NCBI GenBank assembly: GCA_049903315.1
Contig: JBNGBT010000002.1
Location: 32,001-96,000, forward strand
Source: Candidatus Cloacimonadota bacterium
GTDB taxonomy: Bacteria > Cloacimonadota > Cloacimonadia > JGIOTU-2
Length of the DNA stretch: 64,000 nt
Reading direction: 5' to 3'
Part shown: positions 1 to 8,700 of the stretch, in pieces
Numbering within the stretch: the stretch's first letter is position 1
Layout: each line of letters starts with the position of its first letter
Translations under genes and position numbers: made by a program
Notes under the pieces: generated by a model
Seen by the model: the letters and a program-made list of their open reading frames with translations, nothing else
What the model was told of the DNA's origin: nothing
The model's database searches: none

Positions 1-2
1 TG

Positions 3-734
3 AAAAATGGCAAATTGCTGGATGTTTCCATTTTGGGGAGACCAATCATCATCGACGGAAAACAGGTTGCTGTCTATGGAATCTATCGAGACATTACGGA
101 AAGAAAACAGTCAGAGAATGAGTTGAAAGAAAGTTATCAGAGACTGCAAAAACTTATACAGGATACGGTAAATGTTCTCGCAAACGTCGTTGAATTGCGA
201 GATCCCTACACAGCTGGACATCAGCATAATGTGGCTCAACTTGGTGTTGCCATTGCTGAAGAGATCGGTTGTACTGAAGATATGATCGAGGGAATTCGCA
301 TAGGCGGCACTATGCATGATATTGGTAAGATTAAGGTGCCGATCAGGATATTGAATAAATCGGAAATGCTCACGGATAATGAGTGGGAGCAGATCAAAAA
401 TCATCCAGTTGTAGGTTTTGAATTGTTAAAAGATCTGGATTTTCCATGGCAGGTAGCAAAAATGGTACAGCAGCATCATGAGCGATTTAATGGGACCGGG
501 TATCCAAACGGGCTGAAAAATGATGAAATCTTACAAGAAGCACGCATTCTTGCAGTAGCGGACGTCATTGAAGCAATGGCAAATGACAGACCCTATCGCC
601 AGAGTCTTGGATTGGAGATAGCTCTTGAGGAAATCGAGGACAATAAGGGCATTCTCTATGATCCTGAAGTTGTTGAAAGTGCGGTGAAAATTCTTAAGGA
701 GGGCTCGTTTGAATTTATCAAAAAACATACCTAA
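3..734 (+). CDS. HD-GYP phosphodiesterase with PAS/PAC end, 5'-truncated by the window edge
   Basis: RDPYTAGH, HDIGK, HHERxNGTGYP, ARILAVADV and RPYR motifs; DITERK PAC end; frame is open from position 3. Confidence 0.9.
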   Translation, partial: KNGKLLDVSILGRPIIIDGKQVAVYGIYRDITERKQSENELKESYQRLQKLIQDTVNVLANVVELRDPYTAGHQHNVAQLGVAIAEEIGCTEDMIEGIRIGGTMHDIGKIKVPIRILNKSEMLTDNEWEQIKNHPVVGFELLKDLDFPWQVAKMVQQHHERFNGTGYPNGLKNDEILQEARILAVADVIEAMANDRPYRQSLGLEIALEEIEDNKGILYDPEVVESAVKILKEGSFEFIKKHT

Positions 735-854
735 GAACGAGAAAAAATCTCCTGAAATTAATACTTAAATTACTCTCAGCAAATTTGACAAACATTTACA
801 TTCAAGAAAATTTGATTAATATATAATTCAAAAATACATACGCAGGGAGCCCGT

Positions 855-2510
855 ATGAAAAAAGTAATTTTCTTTTTCATTCTCATTATTGGGTTGTTCT
901 CCGTTCAAGCTTTACTTGCTCAAGATAGTGTAGCCAAAGGTGTTATTAAACCCTCAGAAATACCCCCCGGCGCTACAGGATTGATATCAGTAACCTTTAC
1001 TATTCCTGAAGGAATGCATCAGACATTACAGGAAGATTATTTTTATATCGTAACTGACGAAGTTGATAGCATTGAATTTTTGCCCGTTCACTATCCTGAA
1101 GGCACTGAACATGAGGGGCTTATAGATTATTATGATTCTGTGATCCTTACTATGGAATTCATCGTAGCTGATGGTGCAAAGATAGGGGAGCGGGATGTAA
1201 AAGTATATGCAGGATACCAGTTCTGTGATGATGCGGGAATGTGTCATTTTCCTGAGGAAGATGAGCTTGTACTCTCTTTTGTTATCAGTGGTGAGCAACC
1301 TGTCAGTCCTACACAAAAGATTACCTCAACTGATACTAAGACTGAAGTAGCAAAGACATCTGGAACCGATTTTGCAGAGATTAAAAGTAAACTTGATGCG
1401 TTTGTCATGACGGACATTGCTGCCGGTTATCTAAAAAGTAAGGATTTCATCGCATTTGCAGAAAATGCAAAAACAGCAGATGGCTCATCTGCAAATAGAT
1501 TTGCAGGAATGAGTATCTGGCTTATTCTCCTTCTTATAGTTGTCGGAGGTATTGCCCTTAACCTTACTCCCTGCGTACTTCCAATGATGCCAATAACCAT
1601 TGCTGTACTCGGCGCAGGCACTCAGGCGGAATCCAAAGGGAAAGGTTTTTTGATCGGAGGTTTGTACGGAATTGGTATGATGCTGGCATACGGCGCGCTT
1701 GGTTTGATCGTGGTGCTTACAGGGTCGAGGTTTGGTGCAATAAATTCCTCTCCTCTATTTAACATAATAATTGCTGTCATTTTCATTTTACTCGCTCTTG
1801 CAATGTTTGATGTGTTCCCAATTGACTTCACAAAATTTCAGTCGGGCACAATGGCAGGTAAGAAATCAGGTAGGAGCAAATATATTACAGTATTTGTGCT
1901 GGGTGTGATAGCAGCTGTGCTTGCAGGTGCTTGCGTTGCGCCAGTGCTCATTTCAGTCATTTTGTATTCAGTCACATTATATACTTCAGGGAATCCGGCA
2001 GGCTTGCTTCTCCCCTTCCTCCTTGGCTTAGGCATGGCATTGCCATGGCCTTTTGTCGGTGCAGGACTTTCGATCCTTCCAAAACCCGGGAAATGGATGA
2101 AGTGGGTCAAGATCATTTTTGGTGTGATCATTCTCGTGATTGCACTTTATTATGGTTATACCGCTTTGCATATTTTCTCATCACAAGCACAGAACACAGA
2201 TCATGTAGTGGAATATACAGCAGAAGAAAACGAATCTGGCTTGTATTGGACTACCTCGCTAATGGATGGTCTTGAAAGAGCAAAAGAAGAGCGCAAACCG
2301 GTTCTCATTGATTTCTGGGCTACGTGGTGTAAAAACTGCCTTGCAATGGAAGCAACAACTTTCCGAGACGATGAAGTCGAAGAGGTTTTAAAGGATTTTG
2401 TTCTTGTCCGTTATCAAGCTGAGGATTTAAAGAAATCCCCAACAAAAGAGATACTCGATTACTACGATGTGCTCGGACTTCCTTCCTATGTCGTGCTTAT
2501 ACCCAAATAA
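855..2510 (+). CDS. dsbD: DsbD-type thiol:disulfide interchange protein
   Basis: Signal peptide, N-domain CDDAGMC, transmembrane domain with LTPCVLP and GACVAP, C-terminal thioredoxin DFWATWCKNC. Confidence 0.88.
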   Translation: MKKVIFFFILIIGLFSVQALLAQDSVAKGVIKPSEIPPGATGLISVTFTIPEGMHQTLQEDYFYIVTDEVDSIEFLPVHYPEGTEHEGLIDYYDSVILTMEFIVADGAKIGERDVKVYAGYQFCDDAGMCHFPEEDELVLSFVISGEQPVSPTQKITSTDTKTEVAKTSGTDFAEIKSKLDAFVMTDIAAGYLKSKDFIAFAENAKTADGSSANRFAGMSIWLILLLIVVGGIALNLTPCVLPMMPITIAVLGAGTQAESKGKGFLIGGLYGIGMMLAYGALGLIVVLTGSRFGAINSSPLFNIIIAVIFILLALAMFDVFPIDFTKFQSGTMAGKKSGRSKYITVFVLGVIAAVLAGACVAPVLISVILYSVTLYTSGNPAGLLLPFLLGLGMALPWPFVGAGLSILPKPGKWMKWVKIIFGVIILVIALYYGYTALHIFSSQAQNTDHVVEYTAEENESGLYWTTSLMDGLERAKEERKPVLIDFWATWCKNCLAMEATTFRDDEVEEVLKDFVLVRYQAEDLKKSPTKEILDYYDVLGLPSYVVLIPK

Positions 2511-2529
2511 TATTCAAGAGGTTTAAAAT

Positions 2530-3609
2530 ATGAAAAAATTTGCAGTATACTTCCTTGGAATTGTACTCGTGCTAACGATATTTTCCTGTGATAGATTTAA
2601 TCATCATTTTGATCCGTTCTTTACTCCATTCGAGCATTATTTGGAACGATTTGCAACTCATGTGGAAGATGGCATCTTATTTGATGATGTGGCATCTATC
2701 ATGTCCTACTATTCGGATACCTATCTGAACAACGGCGTGGAAAAATCAGGTATGGAGAATCTTTATACTTCCCTCGCTGATGCATCACCGGACAGCGTTG
2801 CAATTGAGATAGATATTCTCACAGAAGCTGAATATAAGGTATCATACCGTATTGTGACTGCAGGAGTTGATACCACTATTATTGACTATGCGCAAGCGCT
2901 GCGTGACAGCTTTCTTTTTATAGGAGATCAGATCGCACCACCGGTTCCACAAAAAGTATTGGTGGAAGTCATCACAGGTACATGGTGCCCGAACTGTCAC
3001 TATGCCGAGGAAGCACTTCAGCAGCTAAAACTGGAATATGGCGATTCCCTTTATTATATGGATTATCACTGGAATGACGTTCTGGACATCGGAGCGATAG
3101 AACTTATACAGTATTATGGGATGAACTATTCAGCTCCTCAATCTATGTTCCAGGGACAGGTAAATGTTACCGGCGGGGGGACAGAAACTTATGATCAATA
3201 CCTTAACACATTCACAACCTTGGCAAGTGAGGATGCTCTCGCACAGATCTTTGATTTCTCTTATACTGTTTCTGATACTCTATCAGGACAAGTTACGATA
3301 GACAAGGATGACACACTTCCACTAGTTGATTTATATCTTAAATATACGCTTGTTGAGAAGGTTTCATCAGTCAATGGATATAATGGAAGACCCTGCGAAC
3401 AGGTCGTTATCGCAAAAGGAATGAAAGATATAAGCAATGAAGATCTCGAAAACCCGGTTTCATTTAAGCTCGAAATGCCCCAAACAGTTCCGGATGATAT
3501 TGTGCTTTACATATGGTTGCAAACTCTTGCAGATCCGTATAATGCGGATACATGTAAAATATATAATGTCATTGAAGAAGATATTGTAATTGTGAAAGGG
3601 AGCAATTAA
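2530..3609 (+). CDS. Lipoprotein with Omp28-like thioredoxin-fold domain
   Basis: Lipobox-like IFSC; KVLVEVITGTWCPNC CxxC motif followed by YMDYHW. Confidence 0.75.
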   Translation: MKKFAVYFLGIVLVLTIFSCDRFNHHFDPFFTPFEHYLERFATHVEDGILFDDVASIMSYYSDTYLNNGVEKSGMENLYTSLADASPDSVAIEIDILTEAEYKVSYRIVTAGVDTTIIDYAQALRDSFLFIGDQIAPPVPQKVLVEVITGTWCPNCHYAEEALQQLKLEYGDSLYYMDYHWNDVLDIGAIELIQYYGMNYSAPQSMFQGQVNVTGGGTETYDQYLNTFTTLASEDALAQIFDFSYTVSDTLSGQVTIDKDDTLPLVDLYLKYTLVEKVSSVNGYNGRPCEQVVIAKGMKDISNEDLENPVSFKLEMPQTVPDDIVLYIWLQTLADPYNADTCKIYNVIEEDIVIVKGSN

Positions 3610-4421
3610 TGAGAAAAATAAAAACTGTTCTGATAGTAAGTTTCATATTCTTCGCTTCCCTAACATTCGCATTGGACACGATGCCGGATTTCACACTTGA
3701 GGATATTAATGGTGACCAGGTAAATTTCGAAGAACTATTAAATAAAAAAGCTGTGATCATTGATTTCTGGGCGAAGTGGTGTACTCCATGCAAGAAAGCC
3801 CTCCCACATCTTAGTGATATTCAGTCAAAATATGATGATTTGGTAAATGTAGTATGTATTACCATTGATAAAGCGCGTGACAAAGGCAAGGTTAAATCTT
3901 TCGTGAAATCCAAGGACTATGAATTCATTACACTTTTTGACCCGAATCAAAGTGTATCAGATATGCTGAATATCATCTCGATCCCAAAGACTTTTATTGT
4001 TAATGAAGCCGGCGAGATCGTGTATACTCATGAAGGTTATACGCAGGGGGATGAAGTTGAACTGGAAGCTGAACTCAGGAAAATTATTTTTAAAAATATA
4101 ACTATGAAAGAGCTTAATAAAATATATCCCCAGGAAGAACTACCGGAGCCTACAACATATGTACTACCTGTGTATCCGGAAAAAGCTCATAATGACGGAA
4201 TCCAGACAGACATTATCCTTGATCTTGAAATTCTGGAGGATGGTACAGTGGGGGATGTGTGTGTTGTCAGTGCCTGTGAAGACCCAACTCATGGATTTGA
4301 GAATGCTGCGATAGAAGCAGCCGGGCAATGGGTATTCGAACCTATTACTATTGACAGCGTGTCCGTTAAAACCCGTGTCCTCTATCCAATTCGATTCAGA
4401 ATAGAAAAATATGAGAGGTGA
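3609..4421 (+). CDS. TlpA-family disulfide reductase fused to a TonB C-terminal-like domain
   Basis: PDFTLED...IIDFWAKWCTPC...SIPKTF; C-terminal PVYPEKA...EDGTV...FENAAIEAA.QWVFEP...PIRF. Confidence 0.85.
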   Translation: MRKIKTVLIVSFIFFASLTFALDTMPDFTLEDINGDQVNFEELLNKKAVIIDFWAKWCTPCKKALPHLSDIQSKYDDLVNVVCITIDKARDKGKVKSFVKSKDYEFITLFDPNQSVSDMLNIISIPKTFIVNEAGEIVYTHEGYTQGDEVELEAELRKIIFKNITMKELNKIYPQEELPEPTTYVLPVYPEKAHNDGIQTDIILDLEILEDGTVGDVCVVSACEDPTHGFENAAIEAAGQWVFEPITIDSVSVKTRVLYPIRFRIEKYER

Positions 4422-4423
4422 TC

Positions 4424-5854
4424 ATGAAAAAAATCATACTATTGCTCGTCATCATATCCTTTGCTTCGTCCCTTTTTGCAGTGAACGATTTTCGCATAAT
4501 CGGTTTAAATGAGGCAACGTACGTTTATAAAAATGCAGAAGATTCCCTGAAGAATTATTTCTCGGATGAATTCAGTTTCAGATTGTCTTACAAAAATTTT
4601 ACATTTGGAATGAAGTTCATTGCGGATCTTCCCAGGTATGATGAATACGCTGCAATGCAGGATCTTACTTCTCAATCGATTTCGTATACATGGGATGAGC
4701 GGTTCCTTGAATATAAAGTGGATGATTTCTCTATACGTGCGGGAAACTTTGAGCAGGTCTTTGGTTCAGGTATTGCTCTTAGAGTCTATCAGGATAGAGA
4801 TTTCGATATTGATACCCGTCTGAATGGATTTTCGACAGAAATATTTCCAAAATTCTTTCAAATGAAAGCCCTGTATGGAGCACTGCCTAATAAGGATAAT
4901 GATACAAAGAATGACCTTGTCGCAGGACTTGATATGCAAAAAGATATATTTGATCCGCTCAAGGTTGGTGCATCTTTTGTGAATGTGCGCAAGTGGCAGG
5001 CAGGTGATAACTATCTGGATAGGAAGATATTTGGCGTTCGAGCCGATCTGGATGTCAGCTTATTCGATTTAAGTGCTGAATATGGCTATCTCGATCAATC
5101 CGAAGGCATTTCGAAGGTAGGACATGCTTTTTACGGAAATCTTAATACATATTTTGATATAATTTCTTTCTCTGTCGCATATAATAATTATTTAAATTTT
5201 GATTCACGTTTAAATGATCTTCCAATTCTCAATCACAGCAACGAACCCTTATACGATTCACCTATCGGAAAAGATCAGCAAGGTGTCATGGGTGAAGTAA
5301 CGTTCATGCCCAATGACTTTAATGAGATTATTGTTAATTATGCAGAAGAATGGAACAATGCATGGACGATCCGGCAGAGTGATCTGTGGGTTGAAGCAAT
5401 TCATTATTTTGACACTTCGACACTGGTCACAAGCTTTTCTCATCTTGAAAGAAAGGATGAAGAGGTGAACCACTGGGAAAAAGAAGTTACTCCTACTCTT
5501 ATGTATGATTTTATGATCGGGGAGACTCCTTTTTCCATAAAAGCGGAGTATCAGTATTTTGATAAACATTACCAGCAGGAAAAATCACATCATTGGGAAC
5601 CGCTTGTGCAAATCGATACGAATATCTTTGATTTTGATTTTTCAATCATTGCGGAATATTCGTATGAAAATATAAAAGATATTGGGAAAAATCCGCCATG
5701 GCTTGGTGCAGAGATAAGCAAAGAGATATTTCAGAGCTCGACAATGCGTCTTTTTATCGGCAAGGAAAAAGGCGGAAAGGTTTGCCGCAACGGCATTTGC
5801 AAATATCGCAACCAGTTTGAAGGATTACGTTTAGAATTAGTTACCACTTTTTAG
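4424..5854 (+). CDS. Outer-membrane beta-barrel-like protein (DUF6029-like) with C-terminal CxxxxC
   Basis: Signal peptide, alternating beta-strand pattern, terminal Phe, GGKVCRNGICKY; alternative GTG start at 4418. Confidence 0.65.
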   Translation: MKKIILLLVIISFASSLFAVNDFRIIGLNEATYVYKNAEDSLKNYFSDEFSFRLSYKNFTFGMKFIADLPRYDEYAAMQDLTSQSISYTWDERFLEYKVDDFSIRAGNFEQVFGSGIALRVYQDRDFDIDTRLNGFSTEIFPKFFQMKALYGALPNKDNDTKNDLVAGLDMQKDIFDPLKVGASFVNVRKWQAGDNYLDRKIFGVRADLDVSLFDLSAEYGYLDQSEGISKVGHAFYGNLNTYFDIISFSVAYNNYLNFDSRLNDLPILNHSNEPLYDSPIGKDQQGVMGEVTFMPNDFNEIIVNYAEEWNNAWTIRQSDLWVEAIHYFDTSTLVTSFSHLERKDEEVNHWEKEVTPTLMYDFMIGETPFSIKAEYQYFDKHYQQEKSHHWEPLVQIDTNIFDFDFSIIAEYSYENIKDIGKNPPWLGAEISKEIFQSSTMRLFIGKEKGGKVCRNGICKYRNQFEGLRLELVTTF

Positions 5855-5869
5855 TGGGAAGGAGCATAT

Positions 5870-6601
5870 ATGAAAAAAAATGTACTAATATTTATGAGTT
5901 TAATTTTATTAGGTGTCATCGGCTTGCATGCTGATCTGACAGTAAACATTCCTTTTGATCCTGATGTTATGGGACCTGCGTATAATGATACAAATTATAC
6001 TTATGTGTCTGAATATTTCGATGTGATAAATGAAGGAGTTACAGATGACTTTACTGTTATTGTAGATTACTTGGAGATTCCATCAGGATGGTCACTGGGT
6101 TGGTGTCACGAATATCAAGGCAGCGGTGCATGTCATGTGGTGCCTTATCCATGGACTTTTGAGTTTGGAAGCGGAGATACATTAAAATTAGATTTTTCTA
6201 TCTTTGTCACTTCAGCCGGTGCGATGCCTTTCTTTTATTCCTTTACCGCACCAAGCTTAGCATTTCCAACCGTTGTTGATTTTTCTTATACAACAGGCGT
6301 TGCAGTTGACGATCCGCAATATAACGAAAAGGTACTTCTGAAGAATTCACCGAATCCCTTTAATGAATCAACTGAAATTTCTTTTAATATAAAAAATTCT
6401 GCACACAGAGATGCAAAGATCGCAATATATAACCTTCAGGGAAAACTCATCAAAAGCTATTCTGTCAGCCCTGAAATGAATTCAATCACTTGGAACGGCA
6501 CTGACGAAAAAGGTGCAGCGCTTCCCAGTGGAGTGTACTTATACACTGTCACTATGGATGATGAGATCATGAAAACAGAAAAATTATTATTACTCAAATA
6601 A
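5870..6601 (+). CDS. Secreted protein with FlgD-Ig/T9SS-like C-terminal sorting domain
   Basis: Signal peptide; NSPNPF...IYNLQG...WNGTDEKG..LPSGVYLY tail. Confidence 0.8.
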   Translation: MKKNVLIFMSLILLGVIGLHADLTVNIPFDPDVMGPAYNDTNYTYVSEYFDVINEGVTDDFTVIVDYLEIPSGWSLGWCHEYQGSGACHVVPYPWTFEFGSGDTLKLDFSIFVTSAGAMPFFYSFTAPSLAFPTVVDFSYTTGVAVDDPQYNEKVLLKNSPNPFNESTEISFNIKNSAHRDAKIAIYNLQGKLIKSYSVSPEMNSITWNGTDEKGAALPSGVYLYTVTMDDEIMKTEKLLLLK

Positions 6602-6610
6602 GGAGAACTA

Positions 6611-8695
6611 ATGCGTTTTAAACTCGGAATACTGATTTCAGTGTTGTTGATCACGACCGGATTGTCGGAATTGTATGGAAACCAGAATATTCTCACACCT
6701 CAACTTCAGCAAAAGCTGCAGGAGAGCACTCGAGATGAATTAATACCCGTCAATATAATTATGAAAGAACAGTATGATCCTCAATATCTGTTACAGCAGA
6801 GTATGTTTCTTCCTATTTCAGAAAGAAGAAATTACGTCATCCAAGAGCTGCAATCCTTTTCTGATATGCATCAGCAAGAGCTTCTTTATGATCTGCAGAA
6901 CCTGTCTTACAACAATGTCGTGCAGGATATTCAATCCTTGTGGGTTTCGAATGTTATTGCCTGCAAAGCTACATCAGAAGTTTTATATGATCTAATGGAG
7001 CGGGATGACATTGAATTTATTGATCATGATGAGATACGAAATATGCTCATGTTTGAAAAAGGAAATACATATAATCCAACCTCTCGTGAGATCACGTGGA
7101 ATGTGACCAAGGTCAATGCTGATGATGTGTGGAATCTTGGATATACAGGAAGCGGTGTCGTGGTCGCAGTTATCGATACAGGCGTGAATTATAATCATGT
7201 TGACCTTGCTGATCATTTGTGGACTGATCCCGCATATCCAAATCATGGCTGGGATTTCCGCTATAATGATAATAATCCTATGGACGATCATGGGCACGGC
7301 ACACACTGCTCCGGTACAGTTGCCGGAGATGGAACTGCCGGTTCTCAGACAGGAATGGCACCAGATGCTCAGATCATGTGCCTTAAAGTTCTTGATAGTG
7401 ATGGCGGTGGCTCGGAATCCAACGTATGGAATGCAATTCAATTCGCTATTACAAATGGTGCAGATGTTGTTAGTATGTCCCTTGGTTGGCTGCATGCATG
7501 GTCACCAAATAGGGTAACATGGCGCAATACTATGAACACTCTCCTGGCAGCAGGCATCCCAGCTTCAGTTGCTGCAGGTAATGAAGGAGATCAACAGTAT
7601 TCATATCCGATTCCTGATAATGTTCGAACTCCCGGCGATTGCCCTCCTCCCTGGCTTCATCCTGATCAGACACTCATAGGTGGAATAAGCTCGGTCATTT
7701 GTATTGGTGCGACCAATTCCGGAGATGGGATTGCAGGTTTTTCAGGTCGAGGACCTTGTACATGGGAATATATATCCGGTTTCAATGACTATCCTTATTC
7801 TCCTGAAATCGGCTTAATACGTCCCGATATTGTTGCTCCCGGAGTCAACATCAAATCACTTGCTCATTATAGCAATTACGGGTATGAAAACGGTTGGAAT
7901 GGAACCTCAATGGCAACACCTTGCGCTGCTGGTGTGATGGCTTTGATGCTTTCAAAAAATCCAAACATACTTCCAGCTCAAATCGATCAAATTTTAGAAG
8001 AAACTGCATATGTGCTCTCAACATCAAAGAGCAATACATTTGGTTCAGGAAGAGTCGATGCACTTGCAGCAATAAATCAGGTTCCTTCCCCGAGTCCGAT
8101 CATGAACTTCTACCCGGATAGTCTTGACTTTGGAGATGTTCAGATTGGAGACGAATTAACTCAACAATTTTATATTGAAAATGTTGGTGGAGATACACTC
8201 CGCGGCACGATTAATGCGCCGGACGGATTCACCGTAACATTACATGGTTCAGATGAACCCGGCAGAAATACTCTTGAATATGCTGTTTCTTGCGGTTCGT
8301 GCACTGCATACGATCTCATTTTCTGCCCGACGAGTGTACAAACTTATGATGATTATGTCAGAATCAACCAGATCCCATTTTATATGTTCTATCTTGATGT
8401 ATGTGGTGAAGGATGTCCTGAAGTAGGTGTTGATCAAAATCCTCATACGAAGCCCTTTATAGAGCATTTTCCAAATCCTGTCACATCAACGCTGAACATG
8501 CACTACTCACTAAATAATCAGCAGGATGGCCTGCCTATCACAATCTATAATATTAGAGGTGAATTTATCACTACGATCCAAGGGCATGACGGCATCGCGA
8601 GTATGGATGTGAGCTCTTTGAATTGTGGTGTATATTTTTATAAAATAAATCATCAGGGAATATCATATTCCAATAAATTCATAATACTAAAATAA
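6611..8695 (+). CDS. S8 (subtilisin-like) serine peptidase with C-terminal sorting domain
   Basis: Catalytic triad motifs VIDTG, HGTHCSG, GTSMATP; oxyanion AAGN; FPNP...YNIRG...GVYFY tail. Confidence 0.93.
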   Translation: MRFKLGILISVLLITTGLSELYGNQNILTPQLQQKLQESTRDELIPVNIIMKEQYDPQYLLQQSMFLPISERRNYVIQELQSFSDMHQQELLYDLQNLSYNNVVQDIQSLWVSNVIACKATSEVLYDLMERDDIEFIDHDEIRNMLMFEKGNTYNPTSREITWNVTKVNADDVWNLGYTGSGVVVAVIDTGVNYNHVDLADHLWTDPAYPNHGWDFRYNDNNPMDDHGHGTHCSGTVAGDGTAGSQTGMAPDAQIMCLKVLDSDGGGSESNVWNAIQFAITNGADVVSMSLGWLHAWSPNRVTWRNTMNTLLAAGIPASVAAGNEGDQQYSYPIPDNVRTPGDCPPPWLHPDQTLIGGISSVICIGATNSGDGIAGFSGRGPCTWEYISGFNDYPYSPEIGLIRPDIVAPGVNIKSLAHYSNYGYENGWNGTSMATPCAAGVMALMLSKNPNILPAQIDQILEETAYVLSTSKSNTFGSGRVDALAAINQVPSPSPIMNFYPDSLDFGDVQIGDELTQQFYIENVGGDTLRGTINAPDGFTVTLHGSDEPGRNTLEYAVSCGSCTAYDLIFCPTSVQTYDDYVRINQIPFYMFYLDVCGEGCPEVGVDQNPHTKPFIEHFPNPVTSTLNMHYSLNNQQDGLPITIYNIRGEFITTIQGHDGIASMDVSSLNCGVYFYKINHQGISYSNKFIILK

Positions 8696-8700
8696 TTATC

